A DNA stretch of 64,000 nucleotides from a bacterium (lineage in GTDB: Bacteria; UBA8248). Positions within the stretch are counted from its first letter, which is position 1, and each line of letters starts with the position of its first letter. The position numbers were made by a program, and so were the translations under genes. The notes beneath the pieces are model-generated. The model was given only the letters and a program-made list of their open reading frames with translations, had not been told where the DNA came from and ran no database searches. The stretch covers positions 1,824,001 to 1,888,000 of the forward strand of contig OZ244799.1 of NCBI GenBank assembly GCA_965219955.1, read 5' to 3'. This document shows positions 10,153-19,574 of this stretch, one piece after another.

Positions 10153-11088
10153 ATGAAAGCATTCATCTCATATTCTCACAAAGATGAAAGAATTCTAGAA
10201 CGGCTGCATACACATCTCGTAATGCTTCGCCGTGATGGCCAACTCAATGATTGGTATGACCGAGAAATTCTCGCTGGGGGGGACCTAGACCAAGAAATTT
10301 CAGAGCACCTCGAATCTTCCGATCTTTTTTTGGCCCTTGTAAGCCCGGATTTCCTTGCATCAGACTATTGCTATGACAATGAAATGATGCGAGCACTTGA
10401 GCGCCATGAGGCTGGTCAGATGCGTGTCATCCCGATAATCATTGAGCCATGTGACTGGAAAGCCTCTCCACTTAAAAAGCTAAAGGCACTTCCGCGCGAT
10501 GGAGAACCCATCACAGAATGGACAAATGAAAACAATGCATTCTTGGACATTGTAGAAGAATTGCGAAGAATTCTATCCAGCGACAATGCTGCTCAACCCG
10601 CTACGACTGTTACACCAAGCACTCGTTCAGTATCTGAAAGTCACCGCTACAGGATAAAACGCGACTTTGATGAAATCGATCGTAGTGATTTCCGCGATAA
10701 CGCGTTTAAGGAAATTCAAAGCTACTTCGAGTCCTCTATCGCTGAAATTGACATTATCGAAGGTCTTCGAGGTCGCCTTGTTGATGTCGGCCCGCAAAAC
10801 TTTACTTGTACCGTAGTCAACCAACGTATGAGCCGGGGAGCAGCACATATCACCGTAAATGCACGAAACAGTAACATGGGTTTTGCAGACATCTACTACT
10901 CCTTTTCGGAGAACGCTCCGCTTAACACAGCAAACGGCGGATTTAGTATTGAGGCTGACGAATACGATCTTTTCCTACGACCCCATATGTTTTTTATTTC
11001 TGACCAAGATAAAAAGCTCACGCCTCAACAGGCCGCAGAGCTTCTATGGTCTGAGTTTATCAAACAGGCGGGAGTGTCCTATGACTAA
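10153..11088 (+). CDS. TIR-domain protein with uncharacterised C-terminal domain
   Basis: AFISYSHKD, WYDREILAG, LVSPDFLASDYCYDNE (candidate catalytic Glu), VIPII. Confidence 0.88.
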   Translation: MKAFISYSHKDERILERLHTHLVMLRRDGQLNDWYDREILAGGDLDQEISEHLESSDLFLALVSPDFLASDYCYDNEMMRALERHEAGQMRVIPIIIEPCDWKASPLKKLKALPRDGEPITEWTNENNAFLDIVEELRRILSSDNAAQPATTVTPSTRSVSESHRYRIKRDFDEIDRSDFRDNAFKEIQSYFESSIAEIDIIEGLRGRLVDVGPQNFTCTVVNQRMSRGAAHITVNARNSNMGFADIYYSFSENAPLNTANGGFSIEADEYDLFLRPHMFFISDQDKKLTPQQAAELLWSEFIKQAGVSYD

Positions 11089-11245
11089 ACTGGTACGGTT
11101 TTTTTGCAGAAATTGTGGTAACAGGTTTGAGGCTAAGGTCCTCGACGACGATGAAAAGCGTGAGGCGAGAAGCAAGAATCAGCCGACCTCCCCCGTCCGA
11201 TGCCCTGAATGCAATCGTGCTGATGTTCGAATTGGTTGGGATTGA
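11081..11245 (+). CDS. 54-aa zinc-ribbon protein coupled to the TIR gene
   Basis: ATG overlaps the TIR stop, GGAG upstream; CRNC...CPEC. Confidence 0.7.
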   Translation: MTKLVRFFCRNCGNRFEAKVLDDDEKREARSKNQPTSPVRCPECNRADVRIGWD

Positions 11246-11351
11246 TCATCCACAGAGAGCCAAGCACTCTCGCTGTGGCTGAAGTAAGCACCTCGATTGT
11301 TCGTCTTCTTCGGCGAAGCGGACGCAATACGCTTCGCCCTCCCGTCCAATG

Positions 11352-12050
11352 TCATTTGTGTTGCCTATTCACAGGCACGAAAACATCCAAAACATGCTGC
11401 TTCAGGGGGTGGTTATCTGGAAGTCCCAATGCCTGATGCGCCGCCTGGATATGAGGCTGCCACCCGGTACGTGTCTCTGGACATTTAGTTTTGTAAGGGA
11501 ATTTATCCCCGGTAAAGTAAATGAGAATCAGCCGCGAGGGTATACCTGCCACCTTGTTGAGGAAATAAAGCGCCGCCAGCCTGTTAGCGAGTTGGTAGTA
11601 GGTTTTATACCAGACCACCGACTCGTCAACACCAAAGAATCGCTTCGTTTCATTCAATCTATTGATGATTTTATCTAGGCCGCCATCCTTAGACGCTCGA
11701 CATATTGGGTACTTTATCTCATAGGCACGAGCCTTTGCCTCGACCAACAGTGGAACCTTACTACCTTGCTCGTTGGCTACCGCCCAACCGTCCCACTTTT
11801 GTGAACTCCCAGACGTTGGCCAGAATTCGCGCCATTTTTCCACCACATCCTGGCGGCTAGATTTACAAAAAAAATCCATCCCGTCCAACTCATGGTAATT
11901 AGATACCTTGAGTGGGGACTTCCATTGGAGGTCAGAAAATAGTGGTCCTAGCCCCGCGTCTTGATATGCTTGAGCAATTGCCTTACAAATCCTCTGAGGC
12001 TCCTCGTTAACGAGTCGCCGTAAGTGATACTTGCTGCCGTAATGCTTCAT
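11352..12050 (-). CDS. Putative PD-(D/E)XK restriction-endonuclease-like protein
   Basis: GGAGG RBS; WDG...LVEAKA motif and YYQLANR; low GC. Confidence 0.6.
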   Translation of the reverse strand: MKHYGSKYHLRRLVNEEPQRICKAIAQAYQDAGLGPLFSDLQWKSPLKVSNYHELDGMDFFCKSSRQDVVEKWREFWPTSGSSQKWDGWAVANEQGSKVPLLVEAKARAYEIKYPICRASKDGGLDKIINRLNETKRFFGVDESVVWYKTYYQLANRLAALYFLNKVAGIPSRLILIYFTGDKFPYKTKCPETRTGWQPHIQAAHQALGLPDNHPLKQHVLDVFVPVNRQHK

Positions 12051-12180
12051 TTTTGCCTCCACACATAGTTTCCCCTTTATGACCACCAAGAGTCCGAAAT
12101 AAATTCAGTCAGATAAACAAACTTTCCCCTTCCACTACTCCCGACGGCTCCTCTCTTGCCCATCAACCCAAAATGCCGTT

Positions 12181-12290
12181 GGGTAGAAATAGAAATTGTA
12201 TCCTACCCTTGTGTGTTACCGGGGAGATAAAACGATGGGCCTCAACATCAAGAACGAGGAAACCTGTCGGCTCGCAGGGAACTCGCTCAA
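12181..12290 (+). pseudogene. Truncated VapB-like (Rv0623-type) antitoxin with upstream palindromic operator
   Basis: ATG at 12235 gives MGLNIKNEETCRLA, then a frameshifted RELA; GGGTAG-N16-CTACCC palindrome at 12181-12208. Confidence 0.6.
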
Positions 12291-12509
12291 TTGCCCTGCC
12301 CTGGTCTCTATGCTACATTTAACTATCTCTAATATATTTATACTTGTGACCACGCCATCAAACATCTTTCAAAGAGAAGCGTTTTGGGTGTCCCGATGCG
12401 CCGCCGCTACGCCGGCGTATCGGGGTGCGCATCCGGGAAACCCGACAAAGACGCGGAAGGCGCCGGTGCGCTTTCCTTTTCTTAAACCTGGAGACAGGGG
12501 AGGTGAACT

Positions 12510-13547
12510 ATGTGGCGTAATCGAAGCAATGGTAAGCGTCTCGTTCAAAACCGAACCGTGAGAAGTTGTGGATGGCTCCTGGCGTCGGCGATATTCGGCT
12601 TTGTCGCCGTTCTCTCGACCCCCGTATTCGCCATGGACAAGCAGCTTACCTTCATGTCGGGCGGCGCGAAGGGTTCGTGGTACCGCTACCTGACCGCGAT
12701 GAGCGAATGCATGCGGAAAAACAGCGACATCAAGGTCACCGTCGTCCCGACCTCGGGCGGCATGGAAGCGTTCCGCAAGCTCCAGGGAGGCAAGGCCGAC
12801 GTGGGGTTCACCTTCCAGACCGTGGCCTTTCCGGCCTGGCAGGGCAAGGGAAGCTGGAAGGGGAAGAAGCTCCGGGAACTGCGCGCGGTCGGTTTCGGGA
12901 TTTCCTCATCGATATTCCACTTCGTCGTCCTGAAAAGCTCCGGCATCAAGAAACTGGCCGACTTGAGCGGGAAGAAGTTTTCGCCCTGCCCCATCGGCAC
13001 CACCTGCTACGCATCCGTCGGCTCCTTTCTCAAGCACATCGGCCTGTACGAGAAGATCAAGGTCAGCAACCTCTCCCACGGCGAGCAGGTCAGCTATCTG
13101 AAGGACGGCAAGATCGACGGCTACGCCCTTCAGGGCGGCCTTCCGAACCCCTCGGTCACCGAGGCGGCCCTGACCCGGCCCGTCCGGCTGATCAGCATCG
13201 ATCAGGGGGTGAATTTCAGCGGCTTCCTGAAGGAGTTTCCCGGCTTCGAGCCCACGACGATTCCGAAGGGGACCTACAAGGGCGTGGACTACGACGTGTC
13301 CACCATGGGCCTGAGCGGTGTTCTGGTGGCGAACAAGAACACCTCGCCTGATCTGATTTACCAGATGACGAAGACGCTCTGGGGCAAGTCCTGCGTCGGT
13401 TACCTGACCAAGAACAACCGCGGCCTGGCCGGCATGAAGAAAGCCAATCCGACCGAAGGGCTGGTGATTCCGGTTCACGCGGGCGCCGCGCGCTACTGGA
13501 AGGAAAGAGGGATCAAGAACATGGCGCCCGCCGAGGGCTCGATGTAA
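12510..13547 (+). CDS. TAXI-family TRAP solute-binding protein
   Basis: Signal peptide, GGAKGSWY, C-terminal IPVHAGAARYWKE. Confidence 0.9.
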   Translation: MWRNRSNGKRLVQNRTVRSCGWLLASAIFGFVAVLSTPVFAMDKQLTFMSGGAKGSWYRYLTAMSECMRKNSDIKVTVVPTSGGMEAFRKLQGGKADVGFTFQTVAFPAWQGKGSWKGKKLRELRAVGFGISSSIFHFVVLKSSGIKKLADLSGKKFSPCPIGTTCYASVGSFLKHIGLYEKIKVSNLSHGEQVSYLKDGKIDGYALQGGLPNPSVTEAALTRPVRLISIDQGVNFSGFLKEFPGFEPTTIPKGTYKGVDYDVSTMGLSGVLVANKNTSPDLIYQMTKTLWGKSCVGYLTKNNRGLAGMKKANPTEGLVIPVHAGAARYWKERGIKNMAPAEGSM

Positions 13548-13643
13548 CCCAGGCGGGTGATATTGGCGTTTGTCTCCCCGGAGGCGCGGGGTTCGGGCAG
13601 CCTTCGCTATCCATTTGCGAAGGCGCCCGGTTCCACCTCCTGC

Positions 13644-13880
13644 GGGGCTGTTGAGAAACCCTGTTTCGAGAGCGGGCGGACACTTAGGTCCGCCCCTACG
13701 GGTCAAGACGCGATGGTTCCGTAGGGGAGGACCTGTGTGTCCTCCCCCCGCCGAGAGGTGAGGGAATGATTCTCGCCTTGGCCGTCATTCCGGCGAAAGC
13801 CGGAATGACGGCCAAAACCCGAAACCGGGCGGAGGCGCAGGCGTCACTTCCTCCTCGATGGACTTTTTCAGCAACCCCCC
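13644..13880. repeat. Inverted-repeat-bounded REP cassette
   Basis: GGGGCTGTTGAGAAACCC ... GGACTTTTTCAGCAACCCCC enclosing an inverted pair of GTAGGGG-type REPs and the hairpin TTGGCCGTCATTCCGGC-GAAA-GCCGGAATGACGGCCAA. Confidence 0.8.
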
Positions 13881-13958
13881 TGCGGGAGAAGTCGGCGATG
13901 GTCATGATTCGGGGTTTCCCGGTCCCGTGCGGGACCCAAGAGGGCGGAGCCGTTTGCG

Positions 13959-15053
13959 ATGAGTTTTGAGAGAAAGACACTCGGGGTCGCCGTCATCGGC
14001 GCGGGGCGCATGGGGACCCACCGCGCCCGGATGGCGTCCAAACACCCCGCGGTCCGGTTCCTGGCGATTTCGGATATCGACCCCGACCGCGCCAGGGCGC
14101 TGGGCGAACAGGTGGGCGCCCATTTCACCACAGGCGACAACGAGGAGGCGATATCCCACCCCGACGTCACCGCCGTCATCGTGTCCACCCCCGAACCCAG
14201 GCACGTCGAGCCGATTCTGCAGACCATCGAGCGCGGAAAACGCGTCGTTGTCGAGACGCCCCTGGCCCTGAGCCTCGACGATGCGGACAGGCTCATCGAT
14301 GCTTCGGCGAGCAGCGGCGTGGAACTGCACGTGAACTACAGCAAGCGCTACTCGCGGCACTACTTCCTCGGCAAGGAGCAGGTCGTGGAGGGACGGCTGG
14401 GGCGGATCCTGGGCGGAACGGCCCGGGTGTACAATTCGCGCGCGCAGGCCTTCGAGATCCTGAAGCGAACGGACGAGGTCACCCCGGTGGTCGACGTACT
14501 GGTGTATTCCGTAGACATGATCTGCTGGCTCATGGAGGGGATCCGCCCCGTGGAGGTTTTCGCCCGCGGTCACGGGGTCGTTTTCGAAGAGGCCGGCTAC
14601 CCCGGAATCGACGATACGACCTGGGCGATCCTCACGTTCGAGGACGGCGCCGTCTTCAGCCTGGGAATCTGCTACGCCCTGCCCTACAAATATCCCACGC
14701 TGGGGCAAGGCACCCGCCTGGAAGTCATCGGAAAGGAGGGGGTCCTGCTTTTCGACGAGGACAAGAAGGAGAACCTCCTCTACACGGAAAAGGGGTATCC
14801 CCACGTCTACGTCCCCGACCACCACATCAACACCGCGTTCCTGGGAACCAACTCCGCGGGCGACTGGGCGCTCGATCACATGTTCGGGCCCGTCGCCCAC
14901 GAGACGCGCGCCTGGCTCGATTACCTTTCGACGGGGAATCCCTGCCTGCATCCGACCGCCAAAGAAGCGCGGCAGACGCTGGAAATCACCCTCGCGATCG
15001 ACGAATCCGCCCGGACCGGACGGGCGATAGAACTGCCCTCGAGAGTCATCTGA
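13959..15053 (+). CDS. Gfo/Idh/MocA-family oxidoreductase
   Basis: VAVIGAGRMG Rossmann motif; VVETPLA in place of the usual EKP. Confidence 0.88.
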   Translation: MSFERKTLGVAVIGAGRMGTHRARMASKHPAVRFLAISDIDPDRARALGEQVGAHFTTGDNEEAISHPDVTAVIVSTPEPRHVEPILQTIERGKRVVVETPLALSLDDADRLIDASASSGVELHVNYSKRYSRHYFLGKEQVVEGRLGRILGGTARVYNSRAQAFEILKRTDEVTPVVDVLVYSVDMICWLMEGIRPVEVFARGHGVVFEEAGYPGIDDTTWAILTFEDGAVFSLGICYALPYKYPTLGQGTRLEVIGKEGVLLFDEDKKENLLYTEKGYPHVYVPDHHINTAFLGTNSAGDWALDHMFGPVAHETRAWLDYLSTGNPCLHPTAKEARQTLEITLAIDESARTGRAIELPSRVI

Positions 15054-15117
15054 GAATCCCCCGCTCCGCATATGACGCCCCTGACGCCATACGAGCCATG
15101 CCCCCGGAACGTAAGGC

Positions 15118-17067
15118 TTGGAGACGATAGCCGTGCGCGATGACGCCCAGAGGAACTGGCTCGACCGCTTCGTCACCCGGACGACCGCCATTCCGCTGCC
15201 CCGGGACCTGCGCTCGAAGGGGCTCCGCACCGTCGTAACGCTGGTTTCCGTCGCGTTTTCCCTGCTCTACATCTACTACGCCGGGTTCGGGTATTTCTCG
15301 CCCGAGAGCTTCATCTCGGGATACCTGGGTTTCACCTTCGTCCTGGTTTTCATCCTTTTTCCGGGTTCGGACAAATCGCCGCGCGACCGCATCACCGCGG
15401 TCGACGGGATTCTGGTGTTGAGCACCATCGCGGTCACCTACCACTACAACGTCTACTTCCCCATCCGCTACATCGAGCGGTTCGGCGAGGCGCTCGCGCA
15501 CGACGTGGTTTTCGGCATCATGGCCATCGTGCTGGCCCTGGAAGCCTGCCGCCGCACGCTGGGCCCCGCCCTCCCGCTGATCTCGGTGTGCTTGATCGGA
15601 TATTCCCTGTTCGGCCCCTACTTTCCGGGCCATCTGACGCACCAGGGAATCAGCGTCTGGGACACCGCGGCTTGGCTCTACAGCAACCAGTCGATCTACG
15701 GCGTCATCACGCGGATCTTTGCGAGTTTCGTGTTTCTCTTCATCGTGTTCGGCGCGATTCTGGAGATGTCGGGAGGCAAGGAGCTCTTCCTCAATCTCCC
15801 GCTCTCGATTATCGGGCGGACGCGGGGAGGCTCGGCGAAGCTCAGCGCCGTGGCGAGCGCGCTCTTCGGCATGATCTCCGGGAGTCCCACGGCGAACATC
15901 GTGGGCACCGGAACGCTCACCATCCCGCTGATGAAGCGCTCCGGGTTCCCGCCGCACGTCTCGGCCGCTTTCGAGGCCACCGCCTCGACCATCGGGGTGA
16001 CCATGCCCCCGCTGATGGGCGCGGCTATATTCCTCATGGCGGATTTCACGGGAATTCCCTACCTGGAAATCGTCAAGGTATCCATACTGCCTTCGCTGTT
16101 GTTCATGCTGTCCCTCCTGGTGGTGGCCCACGTGTACGCGAGGAAGGCGGGCATCGAGGGATTGCCGCCCGAGGAGTTGGGAGACCCCTGGGAGATACTC
16201 AAAAACTACTGGACCTTCGCGGTTCCCCTGGGTCTCATCTTCTACATGCTCGGATCGGGCTACAGCCCGGATTACGCCGTGTTCGTCGCTATTCTCGGTG
16301 TGGCGGGGGCGAGCCTCCTCTCCAGGCACACGCGCCTGACGATTCCCCAGTGGGCGAAAATCCTGGAAGTCGGCGCCCGGAGATCGCTCACCGTCGGCGG
16401 ATTGGCCGGATGCCTGGGCATCATCATCGGGATCGTGTTCCGAACGGGAATCGGAACCAAGCTCTCGATTCTGGTGGTCGACCTGTCCGGGGGGTATCTC
16501 ATCCTCGCCGTCTTGCTGACCGCCCTGGTGACGTTCGTGCTGGGGATGGGCGTCTCCTCCATCACCGCCGACTACCTCCTCCTTTCGGTGCTGATCGCAC
16601 CGGCGCTGATCGAACTCGGCGCGACGCCGATGGCGGCCCACCTGTTGATCATCTGGTATTCGCAGACTTCGAACCTGACGCCTCCGGTCTGCGGCGGCGC
16701 CTTCACCGCGGCCGCCATCGCGGGCGCTCACCCCTGGAGGACGGGGTTCTTCGCCTTCCGGATCGGGCTGTTCATCTACCTCATCCCCATCGCTTTCGTT
16801 TTCGGCGACCTCCTGAACCCGGGGCTGAACCTCCCCTTCTTCTGGACGCTGTTGACGGCGGCCCTCTCGGCGATTTGCTTCGGCGGCGCCGTCATCGGCT
16901 ACCTTGCGGGCTCCTTGAATATATGGCAGAGGTTCTTGCTCGCGGCGGCGACGATCGCCTTGTTCGAACCGCATGTACTCCTGGACTTCATCGGCATGGT
17001 CCTCCTGGCGCTGGTGGCGGGGTGGCAAATTCTCGGGAGAAGGCGGGAGAATCAGGAGGACGCTTGA
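15118..17067 (+). CDS. TRAP transporter fused permease (4TM/12TM)
   Basis: SALFGMISGSPTANI, GTLTIPLMK, MPPLMGAAIFLMA, LTPPV; start codon uncertain. Confidence 0.9.
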   Translation: METIAVRDDAQRNWLDRFVTRTTAIPLPRDLRSKGLRTVVTLVSVAFSLLYIYYAGFGYFSPESFISGYLGFTFVLVFILFPGSDKSPRDRITAVDGILVLSTIAVTYHYNVYFPIRYIERFGEALAHDVVFGIMAIVLALEACRRTLGPALPLISVCLIGYSLFGPYFPGHLTHQGISVWDTAAWLYSNQSIYGVITRIFASFVFLFIVFGAILEMSGGKELFLNLPLSIIGRTRGGSAKLSAVASALFGMISGSPTANIVGTGTLTIPLMKRSGFPPHVSAAFEATASTIGVTMPPLMGAAIFLMADFTGIPYLEIVKVSILPSLLFMLSLLVVAHVYARKAGIEGLPPEELGDPWEILKNYWTFAVPLGLIFYMLGSGYSPDYAVFVAILGVAGASLLSRHTRLTIPQWAKILEVGARRSLTVGGLAGCLGIIIGIVFRTGIGTKLSILVVDLSGGYLILAVLLTALVTFVLGMGVSSITADYLLLSVLIAPALIELGATPMAAHLLIIWYSQTSNLTPPVCGGAFTAAAIAGAHPWRTGFFAFRIGLFIYLIPIAFVFGDLLNPGLNLPFFWTLLTAALSAICFGGAVIGYLAGSLNIWQRFLLAAATIALFEPHVLLDFIGMVLLALVAGWQILGRRRENQEDA

Positions 17068-17104
17068 AATTCGTGGATATAACTGAACCAACGATCCGTG
17101 GAGG

Positions 17105-19156
17105 ATGTATCGGTTGTTTACGTTAGGCGTCGACATCGGTGGAACGTTCACCGACCTCGTGGCGGTCGATCCCGAGCGCGGCGAGGTGCGGACGGGAAAG
17201 ATACCCTCGGTTTCGGATGAGCCCGCAAGGGCCATCCTGGCGTGCCTCCGGGATCTCGGGCTCGAAGGCGAGGAACTGGAGCGGATGATCCATGGAACCA
17301 CCGTCGCCACCAATGCGCTCCTGGAGCGGCGCGGCGCCGTGACGGCGCTGGTGACCACGCGCGGGTTCCGGGACGTGGTCGAAATCGGGAGGTGCCGGCG
17401 GCTGGTCGAGGGCGGCATGTTCAACATCGGGTTCCGCCGTCCGCCGCCCCTGGTTCCCCGAAACTTGCGCGAGGAGGTAGACGAGCGCCTCCGGGCGAAC
17501 GGAAGCGTCGAAGCCTCGCCCCGGCCGGAAGAGTTCCGGAATGTAGTGGAGAATTTGAGACGGGAGGGGGTCGAGGCGGTGGCGGTATGCTTCCTCCACT
17601 CCTACGAGAATCCGGAGCACGAGGAAGCCGTCGGGCGGTGGTTGCGGGACCAGTTGGGGCCTGAGGTCTACATCTCGCTCTCAAGCTCCGTGAACCCCCA
17701 GTACCGCGAATTCGAGCGGTTCTCCACGACTGTGGTGAACGCCTATGTCGGTCCGGCTGTGGGGCGGTATCTCTCGAAACTGAGAGACGAAGATATCGGG
17801 AAGCTGGACAACCGGAGCATTTACATCATGGGTTCGGCCGGCGGCGTGATGGATATCGACACGGCGGAGGACTTTCCGGTGCGGACCATCTTTTCGGGGC
17901 CCGCCGGCGGGGTCACCGCGGGGCGTTTTATCTCCGAGGAACTCGAACTGCCGAATCTCATCACCTGCGACATGGGCGGAACGAGCGCGGACGTCGCCCT
18001 GCTCCTCCGGGACCGGATTCTGTACGCCAGGGATGCCGTCATCTCGGGGGTACCCGTCCGCGCCGCCCAGCTCGAGATCAAAACCGTCGGCGCGGGAGCC
18101 GGGAGCGTCGTGTGGGTCGATGTCGACGGGGCGCTATGCGTGGGACCCAGGAGCGCGGGCTCCTCGCCGGGTCCCGCCTGTTACGGATTCGGGGGAGCGG
18201 AGCCCACCGTCACCGACGCGAACGTCATCCTGAACCGGATCGGGGACGGCGCCCTTCTCGGCGGGAAAATACGGGTGGACGCCTCGCTGGCGCGGGAGGC
18301 GATGGCCCCGGTGCGGGAGCGGCTCGATTTCGGTTCGCTCGAGGAACTGGCCGAAGGGGCGTTGAAAATTCTCGTGGCCCGGACGGTTCGGCTCATCCGC
18401 GAGATCTCGCTCGAACGGGGATTCGACCCGCGCGAATTCGCCTTCGCGGCCTTCGGCGGCGCAGGTCCCATGCACGCCGCGGCCATCGCGGATGAACTCG
18501 ATATGGAAACGGTCGTGGTTCCGTCTCACCCGGGGAATTTTTCCGCCCTGGGGCTCGTGATGGCGAAGATGCGCCGGGATGCGAGCGCCACCTACCTCGA
18601 ACGCTCCTCCACCCTCGACTTGACGGACCTGCGCGGTCGGCTCGCGGATATGGCCAAAGGGGTCGAGGGTCGCCTCCTTGCCGACGGCGTCCGGGAGGAG
18701 AGCATCTCCTTGTCGTGTTTTCTGGAGATGCGCTGTCTCGGGCAGGCTCACGAGATTCCCGTTCCCTTAGGGTCATCTCCGGAGCGGGTGGACCTGCCGT
18801 CCATAGAAGGCGCCTTCCGGAAGATTTATGCCGAGCGCTACGGACGCGACCCGGACCCCGCGACCGAATGGGAGGTGATCTCCATCCAGATCATCGGCGA
18901 GGGAGAAGTCCAGGCGTATCCGGCGAATACCTGGCGGGCAAAGCCCGGGGGCGGCGAAGGCCATAAGGAGATCAGGAAAGTCTGGTTCGAGGGGGAGTGG
19001 CGCGAAACTTGCGTATATGAGCGAAACGAGGTTAGGCCTGGAGCAAGCGTGGAAGGTCCCGCCATCATCGAGGAGAGCGGGGCCACGACGGTGATTCCAC
19101 CGGGGTGGCGCGCCGCGACTCACGCGAGCGGGCATCTGCTGCTGCGGCGACTGTAG
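17105..19156 (+). CDS. Hydantoinase/5-oxoprolinase subunit A
   Basis: GVDIGGTFTD, HGTTVATNALLER, SGPAGG, DMGGTS, PTVTDA. Confidence 0.92.
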   Translation: MYRLFTLGVDIGGTFTDLVAVDPERGEVRTGKIPSVSDEPARAILACLRDLGLEGEELERMIHGTTVATNALLERRGAVTALVTTRGFRDVVEIGRCRRLVEGGMFNIGFRRPPPLVPRNLREEVDERLRANGSVEASPRPEEFRNVVENLRREGVEAVAVCFLHSYENPEHEEAVGRWLRDQLGPEVYISLSSSVNPQYREFERFSTTVVNAYVGPAVGRYLSKLRDEDIGKLDNRSIYIMGSAGGVMDIDTAEDFPVRTIFSGPAGGVTAGRFISEELELPNLITCDMGGTSADVALLLRDRILYARDAVISGVPVRAAQLEIKTVGAGAGSVVWVDVDGALCVGPRSAGSSPGPACYGFGGAEPTVTDANVILNRIGDGALLGGKIRVDASLAREAMAPVRERLDFGSLEELAEGALKILVARTVRLIREISLERGFDPREFAFAAFGGAGPMHAAAIADELDMETVVVPSHPGNFSALGLVMAKMRRDASATYLERSSTLDLTDLRGRLADMAKGVEGRLLADGVREESISLSCFLEMRCLGQAHEIPVPLGSSPERVDLPSIEGAFRKIYAERYGRDPDPATEWEVISIQIIGEGEVQAYPANTWRAKPGGGEGHKEIRKVWFEGEWRETCVYERNEVRPGASVEGPAIIEESGATTVIPPGWRAATHASGHLLLRRL

Positions 19157-19186
19157 GATGAACGAAAGCGGGATTCGCTCCTCCCT

Positions 19187-19492
19187 TGAGGGGGTTGTTG
19201 AAAAAGCCATGATTTCGTGATTCCACGTATAGAGCTGACCATAAAGGGATGAAACTTTATTTCTCCCTTGCAGAACGCCAATCAACTACTCCCCCCTTGA
19301 GGGGGAGTCGATGAAGCCGAGCGTTTTATGCGAAGGCTGAATCGGTGGGGGGTAAAATGCGTTTTATCGCCACTCCGAATTATACCCCCCACCGAATCGC
19401 TTTCGGGCTTACGCCCTCAGCTCTTCGACTCCCCCTCAAGGGGGGAGTGAAATCTAGCGCGCTCCTTCTGTGGGCTTTTTTAACAGCCCCTC
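19187..19492. repeat. Inverted-repeat-bounded cassette carrying the ~160-bp hairpin element
   Basis: TGAGGGGGTTGTTGAAAAAGCC ... GGCTTTTTAACAGCCCCTCA around 19287-19450. Confidence 0.85.
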
Positions 19493-19574
19493 ATGGAAGG
19501 ATTCCGAACATTTTCGAGGCCTGCCGGAAACTCTATTTGGAATTACGGCCTGCCATGAATGAAGAGGTGGAGAG

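Noticed and set aside
10153-11088. Thoeris or CBASS call for the TIR gene
   Set aside because: No ThsA-like effector or cyclase nearby
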